Shown here in pieces: positions 26,011 to 39,100 of a stretch of 64,000 bases of DNA. The DNA is from Isurus oxyrinchus (lineage: Eukaryota). Position 1 is the first letter of the stretch; the number at the start of each line of letters is the position of its first letter. The notes under the pieces are model-generated. The model did no database searches. It saw only the letters and a list, made by a program, of their open reading frames with translations, and was not told the origin of the DNA. The DNA is taken from assembly GCA_026770705.1 (NCBI GenBank), contig JANJGN010000140.1, forward strand, positions 1,240,001 to 1,304,000, written 5' to 3'. The position numbers and the translations under genes were made by a program.

Positions 26011-28273
26011 GCCTTTGCACTCTTAGTGGGAGCTCCTGTCTGTTGGGGTTTGTGTAGAATCGCGGGTAGATGAAGCTATAATGTGAAGCGCCGCTGTCAG
26101 CCGCTCAGATACACACAGCCAGAGGAAACCACATTAACCTCGGATCAAACAGTCACCCAACTGTTCCCAGGAGCGGCCGGGAAAATCAGACAAACTGCAT
26201 AAAATCCGATCAGCCAGACAGACATGGAAATTAACCATATCCGAAGACAACCTGACCAATCATCACTGTCTTTCTAATATCGCCAGCTTTGCTGAGCGAC
26301 GGGTTTGATCCCGAGATCACAGCAGACAAAACTGGCAGGTCTATAAACCGCACACTAATGTTAATATTGTTGCCTTTGTTCAAATTAACAGACGGGCAGC
26401 TTTTAAAATGTTTGGACTTATCATCATTCCTCCTTTTTATACTCAATATAAATACGGAAGGTTGATGCGCCGGCAGTAGTGATTAAAGCTTGCAGATTGG
26501 ATTTACTATAGCTGATAATTACCGGGAAGGAGACGCACATTGAGAATTCTCACAGCAGTAAAGAGGAACAGCACAAGTGATTCAACGTCCAGAGTGAGAG
26601 TAACCGGGCCCTTGTTAACGGGGCCAAAGAACAATGCACTCAAGGGAAACACACGAGGTGCATCAGCAGAAAAATATTACCTGACATTTTAAACTTCCAT
26701 TTCAAGTATAAATCAACTTCACAAATTCATCAGTAGCGCCTTAGATCATCTAATCTCTATCGATGCCCTTTGCATGCTTTAAGGTCTCATCTTTTCCCCG
26801 ACTTCTCACTTTATCTACAATCCTATACACTCCCTCATTCTAGTCCATAATGTGACGATGCAAACCCTTTATTTCTGACCAATATATGAGCAAAGTGCCG
26901 TAACAACAGAGCTCACTTAAAGAGAAAGTACAGACAGGCGATTGAACACAGAGATACTTTCTCACACCCTGTCCAGTGCCACCTGATCATTCCTCGGAAC
27001 AAGCAGCAGAGAGCAGCTGAAGTGAATGTTTGTTCTTTGGATCAGGCCCTGGACGATAAATAAAAAAATATTTATCCACCAATTGTCTCTGAATTGAGAG
27101 CTCATGCTTGAAATACATCAGACAACAATCGTCACTTGGCCGCCTTCATCATATCGAAGGCACTCCGTCCAATATCAGGCAATGGGCAGAGCAGCTGAAC
27201 TCCTGGTCTGGAAGATAGAGAAAACAGTATAAGATCTAAACAGCAGACACACGCTGATGTCTGATATCACAGAATAACAGAAATGTTACCGTGTATAAGG
27301 AAGCCATTCGGCCCATCGTGTCTACAACGGATCTCTGAGCATTTGAACTTAGTGATAATCTGCTGTCTTTTCCCCGTAACCCTGCACATTGTTTCCAATT
27401 AAATAATCACACAATGCCGTCTGCATTGCCCCAATAGAACCTGCCTCCACCACACTTCCAGGCTGTGAACCCAAAACTTTAACTGCTCGCTGTGTGAAAA
27501 AGTTTCTTTGACAGGGCATCAGCCCTGTCTTTGCTGGGGATCAAAGTTAAAAGAGAAAAGGATAAACTGGCACCGCCCTGCATTTGGTTTGCTTTCCTGC
27601 ATCACATTTTTGGCTAATTTATGTAAAAGCCGCGAGGGCAGACTTTCACACCCAGCTTTCGCTCCCATCCTGTTATCTAGAACCCGCCCTATCCCTCGCC
27701 CTAGGTGTGAGGGTATGAACCACGTCCATGGGCAATGCTTTCAGCAGCTGTACACAGATGTATGATGAATTATCGAAAAGCGCCAATGCATTTCTCCTTC
27801 AATTCTTTCCCGATCCAGATTCAGAAATCTTACAGCTATGGGAGCTTGAATGTACAATTCCAGCACGAGAACTGATAAGATCTGGTGTTAACGACGGGCT
27901 GCCTTCATTCCTTAAGACAATCTTTGTACAGAGTTTCAAATAGCTACAAAGACCTGGGAGCCAAGGTTGTCCCTTAAGAAAGTCAGAGCCACCAAGTTAT
28001 TGTTTTCCGCTCACTTCCCGCCACAAGGAGTAAAGGGAAATTTCTGGCGTATTGATATGATGGGATGGGAACCGATTGCCAAAGGAGCAGGGGCTCAAAA
28101 ACAACATCTTTACGCCACGAAAGGAAAGCTTATTTGCCACCAATCCAAGAGCAGCAAAACCACGTGACTGAAACATTATCTCTGGCTGTCGCATTAACCG
28201 CCTATTGACGTCGTTCAGTGCTCTGCTGATGTGAGCTCTGCTTCCTTTTCTGACTGACACATTAATTGCAAGA

Positions 28274-28741
28274 ATGTATTACGCGGTGCAAATGAATCTA
28301 CTCCCTGTCACTCTAGTCCTGCTAACATGCAAGTATAAGCGTTTATTCTGTCACCTGCAGAGAATGTCTATTTAGACTCATGTTGCTCCAATGTCCCATT
28401 GCCTGAATGTTTTTACAGGTCGGTGTGGCTTGGAACATAGGATCCCACTGCGAGAACAGTCCAGAGCCGGGGTTCGGTGCAGATAAACTGCAGCTATGAC
28501 AGGTCCAGCTTTGACGGAATGTACTGGCACAAACAGGAATCCGGTAATGGGGCTGGGGTGGATAATAAAGCGAATATCGGCTGGCAAAGAGAGAAAGGGT
28601 CGATTCGAATTGGAACTTTCCACTGCGGACAAACGGGGCCAATTGGTTATTGAGAAGACGGAGAGCGCGGATACCGCTGTGAATTACTGTGCGATAGTGC
28701 CTCACACTGAAAGGAAAGGCGGCAGTCACGGTACAAAATCT
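28274..28741 (+). pseudogene. TCR V pseudogene, paralog of the 11.8-kb V
   Basis: Leader 28274-28328 with GC donor, frameshifted FR1, ..RFELELSTADKRGQLVIEKTESADTAVNYCAIVP; RSS CACACTG + 23 bp + ACAAAATCT (28703-28741). Confidence 0.9.
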
Positions 28742-30165
28742 CCCTCCTGTTTACAGCCCAGGAGCACCTGCAACGACATCTCCAATAACAAAGAGCAGGC
28801 AAGACGGTTCAGAACGAGAGCAGCAAACGGAGACTGTGAGCGGGGCTGCCGCGGGCTTTATAAAACCCTTCAGATAGCGGCTATGATCAGAGATTGTGAC
28901 AGTCACAGCACAAAATATCCGATAGGAGAAACACTCACTCACTGAGTACAGCCTTCGTTGTGAGAACATCTTCAGCATTGCTTAATTGTAGGATTATAAT
29001 CAACTGCGTCGAATCGGACATTTTACTGAATGCGTGTGCATTTGATGCTGCTGTGTGATCGGGAATTTTAACCTAGTTCTCCCATGAAATTCACGTTTCC
29101 TCGTAAATCTAAATACTGCATTATGGATTTCCTCTTGAAATTAATTCTTACAAGATAGTGAGTTCGTGGGGCCAGAACGAATTTCAGAGAAAGTTTCCGC
29201 AGAGGCTGGAGTAATATTTTCCTCTTGTGAATCGCAACATTTTGATAATTAACTTCCACCCCGTGTCAATCGCCTCACTCTGATAGTGACAGTGAGTGAA
29301 ATGAACTGCAAAACTTCAGCTACATTTGAAGTTTTTTTTAACCTACTTGAGATAAGATATTACCGGCATCATCTCACCGTTGGTAATTTCACGGGCTGGT
29401 ATCTAAGCTCCTCTCCCTCTTATCTGCTGAATTCTGTAATGCCCGCCAGAAACTATCAGGAGGCGCCATTCGAATCTGCTGAGGAAAATTACATTGGGAA
29501 AGAAACCACTGCTATTAACACGGGAGAAACTGTTCGTCCGATTACAACCATCCTTCTCAAAGATGTCATGGCTGGGCACTTAGAAAATCCATGGCAATCA
29601 GGCACAGTACCCATGGTTTAGTGAAATGGAAATCAAGTTTGACCAATTTATTGGAGTTTGATGGGCGAGTGCCCTCCTCCTGCTCCTCGCTCGTATGAAT
29701 CTGACTTCATTCATGACGCCATATTTACGAATTTATGTTCGAATTGTGTCTTTAACATGCTATTAGGGCATTCAATTTTAATTGCTTTAGAATCTCCACT
29801 GTAGTTAGGTAATTATTCACTGTTGTCGGGCACATTTTCACCACTAATTTCAGCCAAAATAGACTGAGCTCAAAAGCACTTTTTTTTAATCCAACAAACA
29901 CCAGTTGAATTCCAAACAGATTTCTTAATCTTTGGCTTTCCACAAACCAGGGATAAATTTGCTTGATTCCCGACGGAGGAGTGAGAAGTATGTGACGATG
30001 GCGTCCTTTGGTGGAGATGATGAGAAATTGCACACCGTGCGGATCCTGGCGAAGACAGTCAGTGTACCTATGGGGGTTCTCAGTTTCCCATTTATAGGGA
30101 GACGCGTTGCGACGATGCTGATGATGAATCTCGATCCTTATATCAACAATCTATCTATTTTATCA

Positions 30166-30324
30166 NNNNNNNNNNNNNNNNNNNNNNNNNNNNNNNNNNN
30201 NNNNNNNNNNNNNNNNNNNNNNNNNNNNNNNNNNNNNNNNNNNNNNNNNNNNNNNNNNNNNNNNNNNNNNNNNNNNNNNNNNNNNNNNNNNNNNNNNNNN
30301 NNNNNNNNNNNNNNNNNNNNNNNN
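30166..30324. other. Assembly gap (159 N)
   Basis: Run of N. Confidence 1.
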
Positions 30325-30372
30325 CTATCTATCGACATTCTCTCCATGCTCCGTGAATCCCCACTTTGTTCA

Positions 30373-30712
30373 GGTTTTTGTAGGGCTCTCTCCGCGCTCT
30401 GTATCACTGTGTGTCTGTAATTCCACCATGTTCACGTTTTTGTACAGCTCTCTCTGCACTCTGTATCACTGTGTGTCTGTAATCCCACCATGTTCAGGTT
30501 TTTGTACAGGTCTCTCTCCGCGCTCTGTATCACTGTGTGTCTGTATTCCCACCATGTTCAGGTTTTTGTACAGGTCTCTCCGCGCTCTGTATCACAGTGT
30601 GTCTGTAATCCCACCATGTTCAGGTTTTTCTACAGCTCTCTCCGCGCTCTATATCACTGTATGTCTGTAATCCCACCATGTTCAGGTTTCTGTACAGCTC
30701 TCTCCATGATCT
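30373..30712 (-). repeat. Tandem array of 23-RSS units (~62 bp), 5 complete and 1 partial
   Basis: Plus-strand unit GGTTTTTGT-23-CACTGTG-23; heptamers start at 30405, 30467, 30531, 30593 and 30655. Confidence 0.93.
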
Positions 30713-30795
30713 AACCCTGAACATTCGCAGCTTCAAGTAACGGTGTCACCGACAGCAGAGGTTTGCAGAGCACCAAGACACCAGGGAACTGGAAT
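30713..30795 (-). pseudogene. Remnant (FR1 only) of a NAR-TCR supporting V-delta
   Basis: Acceptor then ..LQTSAVGDTVT*SCECSG, homologous to 56094-56010; the rest is deleted into the first RSS spacer. Confidence 0.85.
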
Positions 30796-32206
30796 CTGGA
30801 GAATAAAAAAATGAACGTTATTTGTTTGCTTAGCCATTGTTTACCTGGGAGAATTTGTCAATGACATGAAAAGTTCGTTTTTCTTAACTTGAAGCCTGTT
30901 CCAACCATATTCACAGGCATTGAAATGTGACTAAGTGCAGAGATGACAATTTTCTTTTGCATCGAGAATTTTTCCAATCAGCACTGCGCGGACAGAATGA
31001 GTGGTGCGAACAGAGTCTGTGGGAACTTTCAAACGGATGATGTAACTGTACTGCAACAGGAAAAATGTGCAGCCACATGATGAAATACGTGCGTTTTGGT
31101 AGAAATTGGATTGTACTTTGGACTGAATATTATCCTACCTCTCGGCATGGTTCTATGATGTATATTACATGTCTGCTTCTATTTTCCTTGGTGAGTGACA
31201 CCCCGAGGGAACATTTATTATCAGTGAGGCAATCAGTTTCCAAAAAATGAGTGTACGGGACAATCCACATCAGCATCAATGCGCACAGCATGAACAAAAT
31301 GAAAGTGATCGTGATTAATCAGCTTTGATTGAAACTTCTCTCTTCTCAGTTCTAATGGCCGACTCCTTGTGCTGAAGCTGTGGCTCCCAATTGTAGACTT
31401 TCCAACCTGAGGAAACTCCCACCTAGAATCTTCCCTCTCAAGCCCCTTAAGGATATTATGTGTTTTCATGAGATCGCCCCTCATTCCTGTAAACTCTTGG
31501 GAACACAGGCCCAGTCTACTCAATCTCTTCTCATAGGACAATCCCTTTCCCTCAGGAATTAGTCAGATGAACATTTGTTGCAAAGCATGTAGAACCTTCG
31601 CTAAGAAAGAGACCAGAATTTACACAGCATTCCAAACTGGAGTCCTTCTCACCATAAACATCACGCACCACTCTGGGCTCGGATTGTACTTTTAACAGTC
31701 CAGAGATTATCCAATTCTTCTCTCCCATTCGATTAATTATTTCTTGCTGGTTATAAATGAACATTCTCTCAGTTTATAATTGTTTCCTTATGTCCCTGTT
31801 CTCCTTTATAAGATTAATGCATCATCCTCACTCTCTCACTGCATTGTGCTCTTTCAATTCACAGTAATCAGGGATACAGAGAAGCTACAGCAATCCCATC
31901 TCTCAAACATCGACATTCAACATAGAGAAGTGTCTGCAGTTCCAAACTTTCACATTTTGGTCTGAGGCCGGAAAAGGAGGAAAGTGATTGGGTATATGAA
32001 GACAATTGAAAGACATGGCGGATAAAATGACCAGAATGTCGATTCATAATCCTGTTCCCAAATCCAAGCCTGCAACGGAAAAGATCCCTTAGAAATCGTT
32101 TTTCTTTAGCTTCGATGTGATTGAAACGATGCTGATCACAATAATAGGGCTGACGGTGAACATTATCCGGCACAGTGTGCAACATGCGGGCTACAGAGTC
32201 ACTTAT

Positions 32207-32284
32207 CGGCTGTGACAGTCACCATCACCCCGGATCCATCTACATAATTAGCACACCACTCTCCCTCTTCCAGGTACAAAATCA
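32207..32284 (-). pseudogene. NAR-TCR J segment, decayed
   Basis: NYVDGSGVMVTVTA (32207-32251), donor GT>AT (ataagt), degenerate RSS with 17-bp spacer; homologous to the J part of 59939-59983. Confidence 0.85.
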
Positions 32285-32591
32285 TCGACAACTCAACCTG
32301 CTGGGAAATCATCATCAAGCAAGAGACACCTCACAATTATAAAGCGGGTTTAAATGAATAGTTAATATTCAATGTTTCAAAAACTCTATCGATTCAAACT
32401 GTTCTTTGTGAGGCCCTGAGCTCTGAGTAAATGGTCCCGGGAATGAGATGTTCGCTTCATATAAACCGAGAAAAATATCAAAGAAAGATAACTCAATGGT
32501 GGAAATTGCAATGAAATGTCAGCATATTGCAACGATAATACCATCAACCGGACAATTCACTATCCGGGCCCAGAGAATTAATATTTACAAA

Positions 32592-32650
32592 AGTATTTGC
32601 CCTGCTCTCTCCCACTGTGACTGCCCGTGTTACAAGTCAGTATAAAGTAC
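32592..32650 (-). pseudogene. Probable NAR-TCR D segment remnant with 12-RSS
   Basis: Minus strand CACAGTG (32613-32619) + 12 bp + GCAAATACT (32592-32600); degenerate opposite 12-spaced signal at 32623-32650; lies between the V and J. Confidence 0.6.
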
Positions 32651-32799
32651 CATGGATACTTGGTGAGATGTGGGAACATTAGTTAAACAGCGGGGACTGT
32701 GGTTCCCGGTTCTAGCTGTTAGAACAGGATCACATGTGGTGTTAGGGGTTTGTAACTAGGATCAGTCATTCCCAATCCTCATTCAGGAATTAGAAAATA

Positions 32800-35314
32800 A
32801 ATTACTGAGTTAGAGACGTATGCAATAAGAGTACAACTGTAATCATGAGTGACTTTAATCTACGTATTGATTGGACAACCAGGCTAGCAATAATACTGTG
32901 GAGGAGGATTTCCTGGAGTCTGTACGTGATGGTTTTTTAGGGCAATACATTGTGGAGCCAACTGGAGAGCAGGTTATCCGAGACTGGGTATTGTGCAATG
33001 AGAAAGGATTAATTAACAACCTTGTTGGGCAGGGTCCCTGGGGGAAGAGCTACAATAACATGACAGAATTGTTCATTAAGATGGAGAGTGAAGGAGTTGA
33101 ATCTGAAACTAGTGTCTTGAATCTAAATAAAGCGAACTGCCCGGTTATGAGGGGAGAGTTGGCAATGATAGATTGGGGAACCTTACGAAAAGGGCTGACA
33201 GTAGATCCGCAATGGTTAATATTTAAGGAACGTATGCATGAATTACAACAATTATTCCTTCCCGTCTGGTGCATAAATAATGTAGGAAAGATGGTTCAGC
33301 CATGGATGACAAAAGAAATTATGGATAGTATTAGATCCAACGAGTAGACATAAAACATTTCCAGAAAAAGCTGCAATCCTGAGGGTTGGAAGCAATTTAG
33401 AATTCAGCTCAACTGGAAAAAGATTGATCAAGAAGGGGAAAACGGAGTATGAGAGTAAATTTGCAGGAAACATAAAAACTGATTGTAAAAACATCCATAA
33501 ATATGCGAAGAGAAAAAGATTAGTAAACAAACAGTTAGAAACAGGGGAAACTATAATTGGGAACAAAGAAATGACAGAAGAATTACAGAGATATTTTGGT
33601 TCTGCCTTCACAAAAGGCAACGCAAATAATTTCCCAGAAATGTTAGGGAACCAAGGACCCAGTCAGAGCGAGGAATTGAAGGAAATCAGCATTAGTGAAA
33701 AAAATTGTGCTGGAGAAATTAATGGGGTTAAAGTCTGAAAAATCCCCAGGGCCTGATAATCCACATCCCAGAGTTCTGAAGGAAGTGGCCCTGGAAATGT
33801 TGGATGCATTGGTGGTCACCTTCCAAAATTCCATAGACTCTGGAACAGTTCCTACATATTGGAGAGTGGCAAATATAACCCCATCATTTTAAAAAAGGAG
33901 GGAGAGAAAAAAACAAATAATTACAGACCAGTTAGCCTCACATCAGTAGTGGGGAAAATATTAGAGTCTGCTGTAAAAGACGTGGTAACTGAACACTTGG
34001 AAAGCATCAAGGGGATTAGACAAAGTTAGCATCGGATTATGAAAGGAAAATCATGCTTAACTAATCTACTCGAGCTTTTCTGAAGATGTGACTAGTAGAA
34101 GAGATAAGGGAGAACCAGTGAATGTAGTGTATTTGGATTTCAAGAAGGCTTTGATAAGGTCCCACATAAGAAGCTAGTGGGCAAAAGTAAAACACCTGCG
34201 ATTGGAGGTAATATACTGGCTTGGATTGAGAATTGATTAACAGACCAGAAACAGGCAGTGGGAATAATGGGTCTTTTTCCAGGTGGCAGGACGTGACTAG
34301 TGGTGTACCGCAGGGATCAGTGCTTGAGCCCCAGCTATTCACAACATATATAGATAATTTGGATGAGGAAACCAAATGCAATATTTCCAAGTTTGCTAAC
34401 GACACAAAACTGAGTGGGGTTGTGAGATGTGAGGAGTATGCAAGGGAGATTCAGAGTAATATAGACAAGTTGTGTTTGTGTGTGGGCAAACACATAGCAA
34501 ATGTAGTATAACGCTGATAAATATAAGGTTTTACGCTTCGGTGTGAAAAATAGAAAGGCAGAGTATTATTTAAATGGTGATAAATTGGGAAATATAGATG
34601 TAGGAATCTGGGTGTCATTGTACAACAGCCAATGAAACTAAACAGGCAGGTACAGCAATTAGGAAGGCAAATGGTACGTTGGCCTTCATTTCAAGAGGAT
34701 TTGAGTTCAGAAGTAGGGATGTTTTACTGCAGTTGCACAGGACCTTGGTGAGAACACACCTGGAGCGTTGCAGTTTTGGTCTCTCTGCACAAGAAAGGAT
34801 ATATTTGGCATAGAGGGAGTGCAGCGAATGTTCAGTAGGCTGATGCCAGGACTGTCGTATGAGGAGAGATTGGTTAGACTGGGCCTGTATTCACTAGAGT
34901 TTAGAAGAATGAGAGGGGATCTGATTGAAGCACATATAATTCTAACAGCGCTAGACAGACTAAATGCAGGGAGTATGTCTCCCCTCGTTGGGGAGTCTAG
35001 AACCAGGGGCCACAGTCTCAGGATACAGGGAAGACCATTTAAGACCGAAATGAGGAAAATTCCTTCACTCAGAGGGTGGTCAACCTATGGAATTCTCAAC
35101 CAAAGAAGGCTGTGGAGGCCGGATCACTGAGTATATTCATGAAAAAATGGAAACATTTTTGGATATTAGTGGCATCAAGAGGTATGGACAGAAAGCGGGA
35201 ATACGGTGTTTAAATCGAGGATCAACCACGATAATATTGAATGGCGGAGCAAGATCGAAGGGCCGAACGGCCTATTCTTGCTCCTGTTGCTATATTTCTA
35301 TGTTCCTCTGTTTC
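32800..35314 (+). mobile_element. CR1 LINE, ~2.5 kb, inserted between the NAR-TCR V and D
   Basis: Endonuclease-end and RT remnants (KSPGPDNPHPRVLKE, VTSGVPQGSVL, SKFANDTKL), tail ttctatgttc. Confidence 0.95.
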
Positions 35315-35505
35315 ACCGACACCAACCCCGGGGAAGCCTTCACCATCCGTGCACACTTGGTAGTTTTAAAACTCGATGTTAATGGGTATAAACCAATCTC
35401 ATTCTAAATCAGACTGTGGGGCAGACGGTGTGAGGGGGAACTGTCGGCGTTTAACGGCAGAGTAACTCCGCTTTTTCACTTGTTTCTGTGATAATCTGCA
35501 GTGAG

Positions 35506-36013
35506 AGTTTTTGAATCACGGAAAGCCGAGGCCAGTCGCTGTGTAACGTAGTACTGAGCTTTACAGTAATAGTGTCTTCAACTTTCACATCCCGAATTTC
35601 CAACGAAAATGTATTTTCTGTTTTATTCATTGACACAACAAATCTCCCACCGTCGGAGACCCGCACCCACTCTGCCTCGGGTCTGGGTTTGTCTGATGAA
35701 AAGCCCCGTTTGGAAAATATCCCAATAACCAGCATGGAAAACATAGGTGATGGTGAGAGACCGACACTCCTTCCTGGTCACCGCTGCCGGGGTTTGTGTC
35801 ATTGACTGACTGAAAACTCCTGGAAATTAAACAGAGAGACTTTAATGTACCATCAGAGCCGAATCACAGAACCGGGTGAAACCCCCATATAGTCTCTGTA
35901 ATTAGGATGGACTCGGGCAGCTTTATATGAAATCCACACAATGTTGGTTTGTGTGATCGGTACTCACGGGGTAAACAGACACACAGGTTGGAAACAAGGA
36001 GGATTCTCATCAT
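35506..36013 (-). pseudogene. NAR-TCR (IgNAR-like) V segment, unrearranged, pseudogene
   Basis: Leader 36013-35968 MMRILLVSNLCVCLP/gtgagt; V exon 35819-35544 QSMTQTPAAVTRKECRSLTITY..RQTQT..VSDGGRFVVSMNKTENTFSLEIRDVKVED..YYCKAQYY with Cys>Tyr, a +1 shift and a 7-bp deletion; RSS CACAGCG + 22 bp + TCAAAAACT (35543-35506). Confidence 0.88.
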
Positions 36014-37269
36014 TCTGCTGCCTGGATCTGAGGGTTTATATGACGGGGAGTTGGAGACTGCAGCCCTGGACTGCACTGGGAGGCCGGAATTCAGAACTGG
36101 ACTGAAAGATTTTAGGTACGAAAATCGGTAAATTAGGCCACGCCTGCCGTTTAAATAAATCGAGAGTTCAAAGGGGGCGGATCTGTTGCACTCAGTCTGT
36201 TGCTGCTTCGGAACTCACGATACCCGAATCCGGCTTCGTAACCCCACTGGGTGTCGCGCGACACACAGTTTGGGATGCCCTGCTTAATGTGGGCTAGTGT
36301 TCACTTGCAGAGGGCAGCGTCCGCGAGATCAGTGGTAGGCCGCAAGGAATGTGTGAATAACCCTCAGGCTAAATGAGGGAAGCTTACAGCTATCTCTCCC
36401 TTCACTGGAGTTGGATGTTAAATCCCCTTCCACATTTCTCTGTTGACCAGGGTGTGAGATGGGCGTGGTTCTGTCAGTAGGTGCTGCTGCCCTCCTTCCC
36501 CCTGTAGTAAGGAGCTGGTAGGTGGTTCCATGTGTATTTATTGTGTGGTCTTATTTCCACTCATTACAATACTGCCAGGAATTCGTTAACATTCTAAAGG
36601 GGTTGACGGGATCTGGGTTAAATGCCTGATCTGAAGGAGAGAGCCTGATGTGCCGCTGCTTCCCTCAGTCCAGCATCTGAGGATCAGGGTGCAATAACAT
36701 ACAGCCCATTGACAACATCCAGGCATATATATACAAAATGAGCGAAAGACAACCCCCCCCCCCACCCCCCACCCCTTCTCTCATTTAAACTTCCCTTCTG
36801 TGTTTTGCATTTAAAATGATGTTTCAATTCAGTGAGGATTGATTTCCAGTTCAGTAATATTCAGAATTATCATTAACAGTGACAGAGTCTGCGAATAAAA
36901 ACTCCAGGACATGACAGAGTTGATGGGAAAGGGACTGTGCAATATTAGAACTAGTCGACTGCATTTCAGAAAAACATATTCGATATTCTTATTGACATTC
37001 CAGCACAACAGGGTATCCGCAACGTCCTACTATTCACCCAAATACGCGACTCTCATCATAGTGCCCGTTGTTTACCATTTTGTGCCAATATCCACCAGGT
37101 TCGTTATACATTGGCTATTGTTTTATCTCTGGGCAAAACAACTGTTTATCTCACATTTTAAATACCCGTTTTCCTGCCGACCGATTTACAGATCAGCATG
37201 GAACTTACCAGAGAAGTCACAGCTTTAGGCGCTATTTGCGCAGAAACTAAATCGTGAGATTAAACTTGC

Positions 37270-39100
37270 AATGAAGTTTGAGCCTCTGTTCGTGTTTCAC
37301 CAGGTCCGGATTTAATTGTACTACTCCCGCCCTTGATTGTGGCACGAGGCTCTGCCTCTCTTAGTGTTTTGCCAGGTCCTGATTATTATTTTACTGCCTT
37401 TTGTCGTTGATAGATAGACTTCGGTGTGACTCTGTTAGTATTTTGCCACGCCCTGTTTATTATTTCAGTAGTCCTTGTCTCCCTGATTAGCACATAACCT
37501 TCTGCCTGTGGTTTTGTTTCTACAGACTCCCACTATTATTTCATTAGTCTCTGGATTCTTGAATATTACAGTAGGCTCTGTCTCATTTACTGTTTCATCA
37601 GGCCCTGATTATGATTGTTCTAGTCCATGACTTCTTGATTAATAAAACGGGTATCTATCCAAGTAATCATTGCACAAGATTCTATCTCTGGCTGTATAAC
37701 AATTGACCCTGTCTCAGTTATTACCGCACTCGATCTTGTCTCCGTTTATATGACAGGAGGCCCTTTTTTTGTCTATGTCTAAGCGTTTGTTGCCATTATG
37801 CTAGACCCTTTTTAAGTCAGTAATATTCTAGACAATGTTCATCTTTGTTACAGTTTATATTACAACATATCATCCCTGTTTATACTACACTCAACCCTGC
37901 GTCTGTCAATATTAAGCTAGACCATGTCCTTATTTAGATTGCTGCAGTTATTACCAGTTATTAAGTTATTACTGCATTGGGCGACGCATATATATCACAT
38001 TGACCCTGTCTCATTTACTGTTGCATTCTTCTAAGCCTTGTCCATAATGATTTGACGAGACCAGACCATTTATTCTATTATACTAGACCCCCTCTCGGTT
38101 GTCATTGCAAGATATCTTGTCTATACTCCTATAAGACATCAAGTGCAATGTTCCAAAAATAAAAAAAAACTCAGCAGGTCTGACAGCATCTGCAGAGAGG
38201 AATACAGTTAACGTTTCGAGTCAGTATGACTCTTCATCAGAACTAAGGAAATATAGAAATGTGGTGAAATATAAGCTGGTTGAAGAGGGTGGGTCAGGTA
38301 CAGCTGGATAGAGGGCCAGTGATAGGTGGAGGCAAAGACGAGATTGCCAACGATGTCATAGACAAAAGGACAAAGGAGTGTTGACGGTGGTGATATTAAC
38401 TAAGGAATGTGCTAATGGGGACATTAATGGTCGAAAGTAGGACAAGCTAGTGGCAGATGGCCCTAGTGGAGGTGGGGTTGGGGGAAGGGATCGAAATGGG
38501 CTAAAAGATGGAGACAAAACGATAGATCGAAATACATTTAAAAATAGGTGGGAAAAGAAAAATATCTTTTAAAAATTATAAATTATTGGAAAAAGGGGGA
38601 TCGAAAAGGGAGTGGGGATGAAGGAGAGAGTTCATGATTTGAAGTTGTTGAAGTCAATATTCAGTGCAGAAGGCTGTAGAGTGCCTAGTCGGAAGATGAG
38701 GTGCTGTTCCTCCAGTTTGCGTTGAGCTTCACTGGAAGATTGCAGCAGGCCAAGGACGGACATGTGGACTCGAGAGCAGAGTAGTGTGTAGAAAGTATAA
38801 AGTTCCATTCAGGCATGCGTGAGTTTACATTGCATTAGGCTCTTTCTTAATTGTTACCGAAACGAAACCATGTCTCTTTTTATATTACATTACACCTGCC
38901 ACTGTCCACCTTCCAATCAGCTCTATCTCAGTTATTATCGCACTGGAACATACAACTTTCTACTTTACATTAACCGTGTCTGCATTGCCTGCGCACTTGA
39001 TTCTATATTTCGAATCTATTTTTCAGTTATTAATTCACCTGATAATGCCTCTGTTTATATCACACTAAACCATTCGTCAACTGCATCTGTATCATAAACT
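37270..39100. repeat. Highly degenerate ~28-bp AT-rich tandem repeat (also ~44520-44640 and ~45350-46400)
   Basis: Recurrent gtctctgtttatattacactagacc-like units, interrupted by a Penelope remnant. Confidence 0.7.
38150..38790 (-). mobile_element. Penelope-like retroelement 3' remnant
   Basis: Antisense HMSVLGLLQSSSEAQRKLEEQHLIFRLGTLQPSALNIDFNNF resembles the C-terminus of the PLE GIY-YIG region; terminal motif also at ~24170, ~52725 and ~60855. Confidence 0.8.

Noticed and set aside
30373-30712. Regular repeat arrays (also 6658-7330 and 55567-55788) as CRISPR
   Set aside because: Vertebrate DNA, whole units repeat with no unique spacers, and no cas genes; they are RSS and promoter-derived tandem repeats
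29932-30714. ORFs spanning the gap and the RSS array
   Set aside because: Artefacts of N runs and tandem repeats
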